DNA of 45,306 nt from a virus: positions 1 through 45,306 of IMG/VR virus record IMGVR_UViG_3300033146_001050; one strand, 5' to 3'. Below the pieces are notes generated by a model. The model ran no database searches, was not told the DNA's origin, and was given only the letters and a program-made list of their open reading frames with translations. The translations under genes and the position numbers were made by a program. Of the stretch, positions 17,735 through 26,421 are shown one piece after another (the stretch's first letter is position 1; each line of letters starts with the position of its first letter).

Positions 17735-18111
17735 AAATACTTTTATTGTTTCTTACAGTTAATCTTTTTGCTATTTCAGGATATATAGAAACGGCTTTCT
17801 ATAGTCCTTATCAAGCAAGAATAGAATATGAAAGAGTAACAGAAGATTTTGTATTCTCAACTAATATTTACCTTGAAGAAGAAATAAGCTTTCTCACTAT
17901 TTATTCATTTACTGAAACAATGATGTTAAAATCTGATAGCATATTCTTTAAACCTTTCAACGTTCAATATCTTTTAGGCATTAAAGGCAATTTTAGTAAT
18001 GTTACATGTAGTTTAGAACATTCATGTAAACACCCTGTCACGCCTTCGGGCTTTGACAATATTTACATAGAAGAATCGTATAATAAGCTGTCAGTGAGGT
18101 ACAATTTCTAA
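17722..18111 (+). CDS. secreted beta-rich small protein (outer-membrane-protein-like signal)
   Basis: GTG start. N-terminal signal-like MYSLKILLLFLTVNLFAISG. Alternating hydrophobic pattern. C-terminus ...LSVRYNF ends in Phe like an OMP beta-signal. Confidence 0.4.
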   Translation: MYSLKILLLFLTVNLFAISGYIETAFYSPYQARIEYERVTEDFVFSTNIYLEEEISFLTIYSFTETMMLKSDSIFFKPFNVQYLLGIKGNFSNVTCSLEHSCKHPVTPSGFDNIYIEESYNKLSVRYNF

Positions 18112-20012
18112 TGTTTACAGTAGTAGAACTATCAAGAACAGCAGCCTCTGAATACTATTTTCCTCCTGGATTGTACCCTTTCTCTGTACAAGCGAAACTG
18201 TACTATGGAGAAACCAATGGAGACATAGCTGACTTTTGGACTACTACGTTTGGAGTAACAGAGCCAGTAAGACCTAAACGAACTATAACAGGTCTTGTTT
18301 ACAAGTATACTACAACTTACTCTTCTAAAGAATCTTTATTACAGAGTCTTGCAGATGAACAGAGTTTTTATTGGAACAATTCAGAACAAATATTAAGTAT
18401 TCATTTAGCTAGTACACATCAGTATGTTATAAAACCAGAACCAGTGTTCCAGTTTGGTGTAGCTATAGGTCTTACCAAAGACACACCTAGAGTGATTAGT
18501 GGGAGAGAGTATTTACCTTTTATTTCACAACTAGAGCCAGTAGCCTATGAAGTTGATAAGTTTAATTATAATCAACTTAACTTTATTGTTAATACTCTTA
18601 CTCTTAATAATCTTAGTGGTTTCTTTAATGAATTTAAAGATGCTCCGTTGTATGGTAACCTAGTACAGGTTTTTACAGGGGAAGATGGTGACACGTTTGA
18701 TGACCTTATATTAAGAAGAGAATACTATGTAGAAGATTATGACTTTAGTGTTAGAGAACTTATCATAGAGTTACAAGATCCTAGAAAGTCTTTGACTTCT
18801 CAGTTTCCAGAGAACTATTTTACTGTAAATGATTATCCTAATGTAGGTAGTAAAGCTGAAGGAAAGATAATACCTTTTGGATACGGGGCATTGCACGATG
18901 TGCCAGGTTACTGTGTTAATGAAGAAGCTTTAAGTGCTACAGTGTTCCCTGTCTTTAAGTTTTTAGAAGAACAGGCAGATAGCACTATGACGATTACTAT
19001 GTACGTAGATGATGTATGGATACCAGCTACTGGTGTTACTATTGACTCTGCTACATGGGAAGTAACTATAACTGGAGCTTTGTCTACGTCAGGAACATCT
19101 TACGGTGTGTATGATGTTAGAGCTGATCTTAATGGAATATCTAACGTATACGCCTCAGATATTATTGTAGACTTGAATGACAGATTTTTAGGGATACCTT
19201 ACGATACATCAAACTATGATACTACTGAATGGGCAATAGAAGAAGTCTATTTACAGCCTATAGCTTATTACGTAGATAAGGTTGACTATATTTATAATGC
19301 TATAAAAGACTTACAAGCATTGTCTAGTGTAGGTTTCAAGTATAGTATGATAAATGGCAAGCGTACTATAAGATGTGATAATCCTAATAGGGCACTAGCA
19401 GTTACAGTTCCGTTTATAGATGTGTTTAATATTGAAGATGTAGTAGCTGACTCTAATAAAGATAATATGTACAACTTTATTCAGATTGGTTATCATAAGT
19501 CTATTAAAGAAGGGACTTCTAATATTAAACAGAATAGGGAGTATCAAGAAGCGTCATTCAGACTGTACAGAATATATACTGTCTACGATGTAGAATCCGG
19601 CTTGACCTCTGCTACATGGGCACAGAACAGGGCTGACATACAGGCTGAAGATTTACATTTAATTAGAACCCTATATGAAGTAGTGCTTAGTGGTACTGCA
19701 TATCTGTCTATTAAGTTATATGATATAATACAAATAGAGCTAGATATGTACGACAGTAAAGCTACAAGTCAAAAGGTAATACAGTGTGGAAGAACATCAG
19801 CTGATGTTCTAATAGGAACTGATCCTACTGACTGTACTCACGTTATACAGTCAGTTGAGATTGATGAAGAGTATAAAATAGTACCAATTAAAGAGTTATT
19901 TGGAACTATTAGAGGCCAGGTTATATCTGTAATGCCTGACTATGACCTTGAGCTTACAACTGTAATAGTAAGAGAAAGACCTGTAAGTGAAGTATGGTCT
20001 GATATTTTTTGA
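18111..20012 (+). CDS. tail-associated/baseplate hub protein (putative)
   Basis: 633 aa. ATG overlaps the preceding stop (TAATG). Position after the distal-tail-type genes. Confidence 0.45.
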   Translation: MFTVVELSRTAASEYYFPPGLYPFSVQAKLYYGETNGDIADFWTTTFGVTEPVRPKRTITGLVYKYTTTYSSKESLLQSLADEQSFYWNNSEQILSIHLASTHQYVIKPEPVFQFGVAIGLTKDTPRVISGREYLPFISQLEPVAYEVDKFNYNQLNFIVNTLTLNNLSGFFNEFKDAPLYGNLVQVFTGEDGDTFDDLILRREYYVEDYDFSVRELIIELQDPRKSLTSQFPENYFTVNDYPNVGSKAEGKIIPFGYGALHDVPGYCVNEEALSATVFPVFKFLEEQADSTMTITMYVDDVWIPATGVTIDSATWEVTITGALSTSGTSYGVYDVRADLNGISNVYASDIIVDLNDRFLGIPYDTSNYDTTEWAIEEVYLQPIAYYVDKVDYIYNAIKDLQALSSVGFKYSMINGKRTIRCDNPNRALAVTVPFIDVFNIEDVVADSNKDNMYNFIQIGYHKSIKEGTSNIKQNREYQEASFRLYRIYTVYDVESGLTSATWAQNRADIQAEDLHLIRTLYEVVLSGTAYLSIKLYDIIQIELDMYDSKATSQKVIQCGRTSADVLIGTDPTDCTHVIQSVEIDEEYKIVPIKELFGTIRGQVISVMPDYDLELTTVIVRERPVSEVWSDIF

Positions 20013-20027
20013 TTAAGGAGAAATTAT

Positions 20028-21050
20028 ATGTCAACAGACTACGTTGTATTTAAACTTTGGAGAGAGACTCATACTAACTTAGCAGCTAGTAACCCAGTGC
20101 TAGCTGAAGGACAAGAAGTATTAGTTTCTGGTTATCCGTCTGCATCTCAAGATAGAAGAAAAGTAGGTGATGGTACAACAGCATACAACAGCTTACCTTT
20201 TTCAGAATTAAATGAAGACACTGTTTTTTCGTTAGGTCTAAAATTAAATAAAGACAGAGTAGCTATGCAGGAACTAACTTCAGGAACTTTAACAACATCG
20301 GGATGGTATACTATTGCAGAAATAGCAGGCGAAAGTTTAACCTACAGAGCAGTAACTGGGACACTGCATTGTTTAATACAATATAATTCAACATTATCGA
20401 TGGTTTTTGCAGCAGCTGGGAGTACTAGATCTAGAACCCATGAAAATACAACTATTAAAATAGAAAAGCGTGGTAATAGTTTTCTAAATGCTGACACTAG
20501 AGTAGATAGTTTCCGTGTTGCTAAATCAGATAGTGTTGCGACTGCTGGAATGAAATTACAAGTTCATTTAGTTATGTCAGTAAACAGGACATTGGTAACT
20601 CAGTTAGCAAATAGTTGTGCAACTAAAGGTAAAGACGGGATTGAATTAGTAACTCCATACTTAGACAATACACCTACTCTACCTGACGGCGTAACAGTAG
20701 GCACTTTCTTAGAAGCAGGGGCGGAGTTTAGTTGGAACTCAAACGCAATGTTTGTTCCTAACGCAACGTTTTCAAAAGCTACTAGTGATATTATCGCAGC
20801 AGCAGTAGTCTGGCCGGATATACCGAAACAAGGAACTGGATTAACACTAACACTCTCAAGCGTAAACATGCTTTTCTTTGATGGTGCTGGAACATCAGCT
20901 ACTCTTGGTAGTTTTACAATAACGAATCTTATATTTGATGGGAATACTGTGAGATTTGATATAAATCAGGTAGGTATTGCAATTAGTCTTAATGCTGGGC
21001 CTTTAGGGCTAAAAACGAATGGTTCTGGCGGAAAACTTACAATAACATAA
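20028..21050 (+). CDS. tail fibre protein with Mtd_N / hyaluronidase-N-type N-terminal domain
   Basis: N-terminus FKLWRETHTNLAASNPVLAEGQEVLVSG...RRKVGDGTTAYNSLPF matches the W-x-NP-x-L-x-x-GE...K-x-GDG-x-x-x-x-x-LP signature of that fibre N-domain (from memory). RBS AAGGAG. Confidence 0.5.
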   Translation: MSTDYVVFKLWRETHTNLAASNPVLAEGQEVLVSGYPSASQDRRKVGDGTTAYNSLPFSELNEDTVFSLGLKLNKDRVAMQELTSGTLTTSGWYTIAEIAGESLTYRAVTGTLHCLIQYNSTLSMVFAAAGSTRSRTHENTTIKIEKRGNSFLNADTRVDSFRVAKSDSVATAGMKLQVHLVMSVNRTLVTQLANSCATKGKDGIELVTPYLDNTPTLPDGVTVGTFLEAGAEFSWNSNAMFVPNATFSKATSDIIAAAVVWPDIPKQGTGLTLTLSSVNMLFFDGAGTSATLGSFTITNLIFDGNTVRFDINQVGIAISLNAGPLGLKTNGSGGKLTIT

Positions 21051-21060
21051 GGAGTAACAA

Positions 21061-21255
21061 GTGGAAGATGAAATAGTTTATACATTTATACTATGTAAGA
21101 CAGACGGATCTTATTTAGGTTGGTCAAAAGCTCCAGAGGTCACAGAAGCAGGAGCAGGGATGCAATGGATAGAATGGAATAAGCCATTGCCTGATGACAT
21201 AGACGAAGTGACATATAAATATGAAAATGATGAACTTGTTAAGTGCCACACTTAA
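21061..21255 (+). CDS. small hypothetical protein
   Basis: GTG start with AAGGAG 6 nt upstream. 64 aa. Followed by the hairpin at 21292..21323. Confidence 0.35.
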   Translation: MEDEIVYTFILCKTDGSYLGWSKAPEVTEAGAGMQWIEWNKPLPDDIDEVTYKYENDELVKCHT

Positions 21256-21291
21256 TACTTTAGTATGTGTGTTACTCATGTTACCTGTAAT

Positions 21292-21323
21292 AGTACTCTT
21301 TATGTTTGTACCTAAAGAGTACT
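21292..21323 (+). terminator. 11-bp hairpin (possible terminator/attenuator)
   Basis: agtactcttta-tgtttgtacc-taaagagtact. No clear T-run follows. Confidence 0.35.
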
Positions 21324-21349
21324 ATCAAGATTTATACTGAGGAGTGGCT

Positions 21350-21820
21350 ATGAAAGATCAAGAACAGTTTAGTAACATGGATGTTCAAGATTATGGGTGT
21401 AACCTAGTAACTATGGCACAGCAGATTCTTAAGGTGTTTGACTTAACTGATTTACAGGATGATCAGATGTCTGATGTTGTAGATAGAGGACAGAGGTCAG
21501 GTTGTCTAAGTAATAAGATAGCTGTACTTAACTATGCTGATATAGGTAACATCATTCTTAAAGTTATCGGTAAACCAGACTATGAATGTATTTGGATAGG
21601 AGGCTACAATCCTGACTGGAAGAAACCTTTTCATATGTCTAGTTCTAGTATGCACAGATGGTCACAGGCTAATGTTATCATATTACAGTATGAGCAGACT
21701 GGTAGAACTTCTGAAAAGTTCCATTTTGGTGCTAACGATTACAATCCTAACCTTGCTCTAAAAATAAAGAAAAGTCCTGTAGGTGTTAGATTATGTCAGA
21801 TTAAGAAAAGGGGTACTTAA
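21350..21820 (+). CDS. papain-like/C39-like cysteine peptidase candidate (possible endolysin)
   Basis: ATG at 21350 has GAGGAG 5 nt upstream (ORF-track GTG is at 21344). VQDYGCNLVTMAQ gives a Gln-x3-Cys context, with a later FHFGANDYNP His/Asn. Weak motif reading only. Confidence 0.3.
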   Translation: MKDQEQFSNMDVQDYGCNLVTMAQQILKVFDLTDLQDDQMSDVVDRGQRSGCLSNKIAVLNYADIGNIILKVIGKPDYECIWIGGYNPDWKKPFHMSSSSMHRWSQANVIILQYEQTGRTSEKFHFGANDYNPNLALKIKKSPVGVRLCQIKKRGT

Positions 21821-22179
21821 TGGAACAGCAGATAGAGATTGCTAGGAGGTTACAACACATGGAAGACAGCATAATAAACCTCACTAATAAAATAGAACAG
21901 AGTATGGCTCACTTATCTGAGATTGTAGAGACTAAGATCGATAATCAGACAGCTCTAAGCAACGATTCATTTAAGAGAATCTGGGAAGCTCATGATGATC
22001 TTAAAGATAATTGTAAGGAACATTCTAAGGTACTTAACTCTTTAAAAGATAGAGTTTTAGAACTTGAAAATCTTCCTGGCAAGACTTTAATGCACTATGT
22101 AGAACGTTTTGTTATGGTTGTAGTTGGAGCAATGGCCGTAGGGCTTGTAGCATTAGTAGTAAAAGTATTTGGAGGTTAA
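21820..22179 (+). CDS. coiled-coil protein with C-terminal transmembrane anchor (holin-like/tail-anchored)
   Basis: C-terminus FVMVVVGAMAVGLVALVVKVFGG. TAATG coupling to the upstream peptidase-like ORF. Confidence 0.4.
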   Translation: MEQQIEIARRLQHMEDSIINLTNKIEQSMAHLSEIVETKIDNQTALSNDSFKRIWEAHDDLKDNCKEHSKVLNSLKDRVLELENLPGKTLMHYVERFVMVVVGAMAVGLVALVVKVFGG

Positions 22180-22181
22180 GT

Positions 22182-23972
22182 ATGATATTATTAAAGGCAG
22201 ACACAACTGTAACAATTAAGTTAGGGCCTTTTAAAAATAGTAGTGGTGTGCCAGTAGACAGTTTAACAATGTCACGTGCTAATATTCTTTTGTCTAAGAA
22301 TGGTAGTGCATTGACTATGAAACATGAGACTACTGATCCTGTACACGATGCTATTGGCATGTACACTGTAGCACTTGACACTACAGACACTAACACAGAA
22401 GGCTCTTTGAACATAGCTTGTTATGTTGCAGGTGCTGAAGTTGTTGAATTAGATTGTATGGTTATGGAAGCAGATGCGTACAGTGCATTAGTAGCTGGTA
22501 CAGATTACTTACAGACAGATGTTAGAGAAGTAATTGGTGAGTTTACGACAGCTGAAAACCTACGTGACACGTACAACGGAACAGGTTACAATGATGATGC
22601 AGCTCCTTCACAGCAACAGCAACTCAATAGACTAGCAATAGGTACAGCAGGTATTTCGGTTGTAGTTGACAGTGTAGTAGTTACAGCAGGTACAGAAACA
22701 GGAACCTATGAGAATACTAAACAAGCTAACGGTGTCTTTCATCAAATAGCAAGTGTTTTAGATGAAACAGATCTGTACTATGAGTTTGATGTGTCTGGTA
22801 ACGGAGTACCTTCCTCAGTTACAATACTTGGTAGAAGCAATAACCATAATGATAATCTTGGTGTATTTGGTTACAACTGGGCTAATACATCCTGGGAACA
22901 AATAGGTGTTATTAAAGGTCAAGCAAACAATAAGAATAGTGAGAATACTTTTACGTTGTATGCAACACATGTAGGTACTGGAGCCAATCTTGGTAAGGTG
23001 CGTGTAAGATTCTTTGCTGATGATCTGACAAACGGAAACTTGTATATTGACCAGTTGTATGTGTCCTATGCCGTTGTTGCACAGACTGTAGGGTATGCTC
23101 TTGGTTCAATATGGATTGATACAGTTAATGGTATAGCAGGTTCCGTACCATACTATAACGGTGTAGCTGATAGACCTTGTTTACTTGTATCTGACGCTTT
23201 ATTGTTAGCTACGGCTATAGGTCTTAGTAAGTTTCAAGTAGCAGCTGGATCAGAGGCTACAATAGAAGTAGACTCAACTAACTTTGAGTCTTATGGCGAG
23301 AATTGGAAGCTAAACTTAGCTGGTTTTATAGTGTCCAATGCTACTTTTGTAGGAGCTTCTGTCAATGGCTTAGCTGACGCTTCTAGTGTTTCTACACACT
23401 TTAGAAACTGTAAGTTTGAAACGTGTTCTTTGTCAACGTGCTCAGCAGAAGGCTCAGCACTTACAGCTACTATTACGTTACTCAGTGCAGGAACTTATTT
23501 GTTTAGAAATTGTGCTTCTGCTGTAGCAGGAACCGGCTCACCTATAATAGACTTCGGTGCTGTAGGAGCTAAAGCTCTTAACCTTCGTAATTACTCCGGT
23601 GGTGTAACTGTTAAAAACATGAAAGATGGCGACACTATGTCTCTTGAAGGTAATGGTCAGGTTGTTGCAGACTCAACATGTACTGGTGGTGTAATAGCTA
23701 TAAGAGGATGCTTCCAGAAAACAGATAATTCTAACGGTCTTGTTACTTGGTCGGAGGTTGCAAGATATGACAGAACACAGTTTCTGCAAGCTGTAACAGC
23801 TGACGATGAAACAATAGTAGATGCTTTAACTTTAATTAGAGCAGCTATGTTAGGAACTTCTTCTAACGATAACAAAACATTTATGAGTAAGGACGGCTTG
23901 ACTGAACGAATTGTAGCTGTACTAGATTCTATTACTGGTGAACGTACTACTATAACTACGGATGCAACATAA
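22182..23972 (+). CDS. large tail fibre/spike-like structural protein
   Basis: 596 aa. RBS GGAGG. Ser/Thr/Gly/Ala/Val-rich beta-type sequence. Position in the distal tail module. Confidence 0.4.
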   Translation: MILLKADTTVTIKLGPFKNSSGVPVDSLTMSRANILLSKNGSALTMKHETTDPVHDAIGMYTVALDTTDTNTEGSLNIACYVAGAEVVELDCMVMEADAYSALVAGTDYLQTDVREVIGEFTTAENLRDTYNGTGYNDDAAPSQQQQLNRLAIGTAGISVVVDSVVVTAGTETGTYENTKQANGVFHQIASVLDETDLYYEFDVSGNGVPSSVTILGRSNNHNDNLGVFGYNWANTSWEQIGVIKGQANNKNSENTFTLYATHVGTGANLGKVRVRFFADDLTNGNLYIDQLYVSYAVVAQTVGYALGSIWIDTVNGIAGSVPYYNGVADRPCLLVSDALLLATAIGLSKFQVAAGSEATIEVDSTNFESYGENWKLNLAGFIVSNATFVGASVNGLADASSVSTHFRNCKFETCSLSTCSAEGSALTATITLLSAGTYLFRNCASAVAGTGSPIIDFGAVGAKALNLRNYSGGVTVKNMKDGDTMSLEGNGQVVADSTCTGGVIAIRGCFQKTDNSNGLVTWSEVARYDRTQFLQAVTADDETIVDALTLIRAAMLGTSSNDNKTFMSKDGLTERIVAVLDSITGERTTITTDAT

Positions 23973-24517
23973 TGAGTGGATACTTTGGGTCAATGTACGA
24001 GACAGATTACTTTGGGCCACTGTTTGACAATACAGACGATACTCCTATAGTACCACCTGTAACAGTCTTAGGTGGTCGTCGTATTACAGCAACGCCTATA
24101 GTACTAGGTATTGTAGAAGGAGACAGGGTAAGAAGCATGGCTACAGTTTTTATAGAAGAGGTAATTCCTGAAGGCGGAACTTTATTCATAAAGGATATAA
24201 AGTTTCGTAATACGTTAGATGAGAATGTTGTTCCTAACTCTAATCCTACTTGGTGTATGAAGAAAGAGGACAGTGGAGCTGTAATTGAAACAGGAAACTT
24301 TGGTGCTGCTTTAGTGGCATCCTTAGTTATTAAAGGGAATCAGTTAGTTCTGGATGACGACGAAAAGAATCATCTGTTCTTAGATCAAAGAGTTCAAAGA
24401 TACTTTGCTTATAGAAGAATTAAACTTACTGGTTTAATTGATGATGGCCTGTACAGTGATCTTCCAGAAGTCCTTGAGTACGTAATAAAAATAGCAGCTA
24501 TAAGTTGTGAGGAGTGA
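23972..24517 (+). CDS. hypothetical protein (possible fibre accessory)
   Basis: TAATG coupling to the upstream fibre-like gene. 181 aa. No motif recognised. Confidence 0.4.
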   Translation: MSGYFGSMYETDYFGPLFDNTDDTPIVPPVTVLGGRRITATPIVLGIVEGDRVRSMATVFIEEVIPEGGTLFIKDIKFRNTLDENVVPNSNPTWCMKKEDSGAVIETGNFGAALVASLVIKGNQLVLDDDEKNHLFLDQRVQRYFAYRRIKLTGLIDDGLYSDLPEVLEYVIKIAAISCEE

Positions 24518-24783
24518 CTATGCTTAAGTTTTTAAGTTTCTTTTTGTACTTCTTCAATATGATTAAAGAGATCATTGACAGAGTGCATGCTTTCTGTTCT
24601 AAGATGATATCGGTCAAGGGCCTTGTTCTGGTGATTACAGGAGTATTTGTTTACAAGCAAGTTTTCACTGAATGGTTACAGGTTATTGCTTGGTTCATTG
24701 TAATTGTACTAATCATAGGCTTACGTGAAGCTAAGAAATGGTTTGACATGTACATGGAGTATCTTAAAGTTAAGAAGGAGTAA
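24514..24783 (+). CDS. holin-like membrane protein
   Basis: 89 aa. Two to three hydrophobic segments (GLVLVITGVFVY, VIAWFIVIVLIIGL). Charged C-terminal tail REAKKWFDMYMEYLKVKKE. RBS GAGGAG. Confidence 0.5.
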   Translation: MTMLKFLSFFLYFFNMIKEIIDRVHAFCSKMISVKGLVLVITGVFVYKQVFTEWLQVIAWFIVIVLIIGLREAKKWFDMYMEYLKVKKE

Positions 24784-24785
24784 CA

Positions 24786-25286
24786 ATGTGCAAAAGAATA
24801 TTATCCTTATTACTATTGGTTTTGTTCTTTTGTTCCTTAGCTTCGGCGGAGGTTGGCTTCTCTGCGAAAGCAGAAATACAAAGTCACTTACTGATCTTAG
24901 AGACTCAAATAAACAACTCGTTGAAGCAAATAAGTCTCTTGGAAATAGAATTACAAAAGCGGAAGAGTACGGAAGACAGCTTGAAGTTATCAATAAAGAA
25001 CGTCAAGGAACAATTGTTAATCTCAGAGAGGCTAACAAGCGACAGACAGAAGTTAATAACAAAGTTAGTTACGAACTTGAAAGACTCAGTAAACTTAACG
25101 AAGAGTTTAAGACAGGAACTATCAGAAGTGAAGAGCTTGTTAAAGACGCAAAGGACTCTCTTGGAGGAGCAGGAGAAACAATTAAAGCAATTAGAAAGCT
25201 CCTCAATTCTTAAGATTGTTGGAGGTATAGGTTTAGGCATTATACTAGGTTCTTTAGGCACTATTATCTTAGAGAATATTAAATAA
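24786..25286 (+). CDS. alternative-frame ORF with unimolecular-spanin-like topology (signal/lipobox-like N-terminus, C-terminal TM)
   Basis: ATG at 24786, 5 nt after the same AAGGAG. N-terminus MCKRILSLLLLVLFFCSLASA..., C-terminus ...KIVGGIGLGIILGSLGTIILENIK. Atypical codon choice (many ttg, tcg, acg, cgg) across the overlap. Confidence 0.3.
   Translation: MCKRILSLLLLVLFFCSLASAEVGFSAKAEIQSHLLILETQINNSLKQISLLEIELQKRKSTEDSLKLSIKNVKEQLLISERLTSDRQKLITKLVTNLKDSVNLTKSLRQELSEVKSLLKTQRTLLEEQEKQLKQLESSSILKIVGGIGLGIILGSLGTIILENIK
24788..25213 (+). CDS. i-spanin-like protein (N-terminal TM + coiled coil)
   Basis: GTG at 24788, 7 nt after AAGGAG. Translation: VQKNIILITIGFVLLFLSFGGGWLL then coiled coil. 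Codon choice (ctt, aga, gtt, act) matches the rest of the genome better than the overlapping frame. The ORF-track frame is open from 24725. Confidence 0.45.
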   Translation: MQKNIILITIGFVLLFLSFGGGWLLCESRNTKSLTDLRDSNKQLVEANKSLGNRITKAEEYGRQLEVINKERQGTIVNLREANKRQTEVNNKVSYELERLSKLNEEFKTGTIRSEELVKDAKDSLGGAGETIKAIRKLLNS

Positions 25287-25289
25287 AAA

Positions 25290-25314
25290 CGGATTCCTGA
25301 AAATCAGGAATCCG
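25290..25314. terminator. bidirectional terminator at the convergence of the two blocks
   Basis: cggattcctga-aaa-tcaggaatccg (11-bp stem). Preceded by aaaaa, which is the T-run for the minus strand. Confidence 0.75.
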
Positions 25315-25326
25315 ATGTACAACGAG

Positions 25327-25422
25327 TTTCAATGTTCATTGACTAAGCTTAAAAAGTGACTAACTTAATATAAGTGTATCACTCAGGAACAATCTTCATC
25401 CGTCAATGAATAGCTTAAAGAG
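25327..25422. repeat. ~96-bp intergenic element, copy B
   Basis: tttcaatgttcattgactaagc ... aagtgtatc ... tcttcatccgtcaatgaatagcttaaagag. Inverted repeat at 25335..25343 / 25402..25410. Confidence 0.85.
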
Positions 25423-25425
25423 TGT

Positions 25426-25821
25426 TTATGTAGTCAAAATGAACCGGACTAAAGACTGCTTAGAATTAAGCTCTTCTGTAGTTCCTAAGAAGAAAGCTTC
25501 TAAGTCTTCTCTAGTATAAACTTCCTTTATATTATTTATGTCCATAAAAAACCAGCTGTCACCTACAGTTAAGACTAAGTAGTATGGCCCAGCGTTATGC
25601 CTAACGTAACGCTTGTACCATGCCATTTGTCCTGTTCTCCATGGAACTCTTAAGTCTCCTCTCCTGTAAGTATCAACTCTCTTAAGCTCCATAACACCTA
25701 GTCTGTTCTTATAGCCGAACATTCTGTCTGGTGTACCTAAACCTTCTAAGTTTTCTATTTTCTGATGAAAAAATGAAGGCAACCATTCTTCTAATTTTAG
25801 TCCCATTTCAGTTTCTTTCAA
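25426..25821 (-). CDS. VRR-NUC / PD-(D/E)XK nuclease (Holliday-junction-resolvase-like)
   Basis: GTPDRMFGYKNRLGVMELKR gives PD-x14-E-x-K. 131 aa. TTG start 9 nt after AAGGAG. Confidence 0.5.
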   Translation of the reverse strand: MKETEMGLKLEEWLPSFFHQKIENLEGLGTPDRMFGYKNRLGVMELKRVDTYRRGDLRVPWRTGQMAWYKRYVRHNAGPYYLVLTVGDSWFFMDINNIKEVYTREDLEAFFLGTTEELNSKQSLVRFILTT

Positions 25822-26122
25822 GTTTTAACACTCCTTTTGAGTAAAGGTAAGCTACTCGTAGAATCTCTTTTGAAGGGTTCAATCTTTCACGAATAGCAAT
25901 AGTAGCTAATAAAGGCGGACGTTTGTCTATTGCAAGAACATATTGAGTATTACTCTCAATATACGTTCTAAGTCCTAATTTAGCAAGAAGCTTGTCAAGT
26001 TCTTTATCGCTTCTAATTACTTTATGTGTGTAAAAGTTTAAGTCTCCAACGAACCTATGTGCTGAGTCACTAAGCATGTAGCTATTTGAACTTGCTTCTG
26101 TTATGATTAAAGGTGCTTTCAT
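25808..26122 (-). CDS. hypothetical protein
   Basis: ORF track. 104 aa. Overlaps the downstream gene by 14 nt. Confidence 0.4.
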   Translation of the reverse strand: MKAPLIITEASSNSYMLSDSAHRFVGDLNFYTHKVIRSDKELDKLLAKLGLRTYIESNTQYVLAIDKRPPLLATIAIRERLNPSKEILRVAYLYSKGVLKLERN

Positions 26123-26227
26123 AAGTCTTTTTCCTATTGTGAATCTTTATAATTGTAGTAATTAACATACGTACTGTGCAGTACACTATTACACAGTAGC
26201 TGAAATGTCTTAGAAAAACTTCCCCGT

Positions 26228-26419
26228 TCATTCTTTGTAAGGCTCAGGTTTGTTTAAAAAATTTTCAGATACCTCAGTGACAATGATTGTTATAGGATTA
26301 TTCGATAAGCATTTAAGAGGCATTGACAGCCAACTTAAAGATTTGCCTACCCACCATACCCATACTTCTGCATCCGGTTTAATATTTTCTACTGGTGAAT
26401 TGTCTAATGTTCTTATCAT
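26228..26419 (-). CDS. small hypothetical protein
   Basis: ORF track. 63 aa. Starts 3 nt after the polymerase stop. Confidence 0.35.
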   Translation of the reverse strand: MIRTLDNSPVENIKPDAEVWVWWVGKSLSWLSMPLKCLSNNPITIIVTEVSENFLNKPEPYKE

Positions 26420-26421
26420 CT

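Noticed and set aside
20028-21050. Diversity-generating retroelement suggested by the Mtd_N-like fibre N-terminus
   Set aside because: No reverse transcriptase ORF exists anywhere in the window. I found no template/variable repeat pair near the 3' end of the fibre gene. The N-domain alone is common in ordinary fibres.
24905-25261. 118-aa antisense ORF across the spanin region
   Set aside because: It is a shadow ORF in stop-poor coiled-coil-coding DNA. It has no RBS and is on the wrong strand for the operon.
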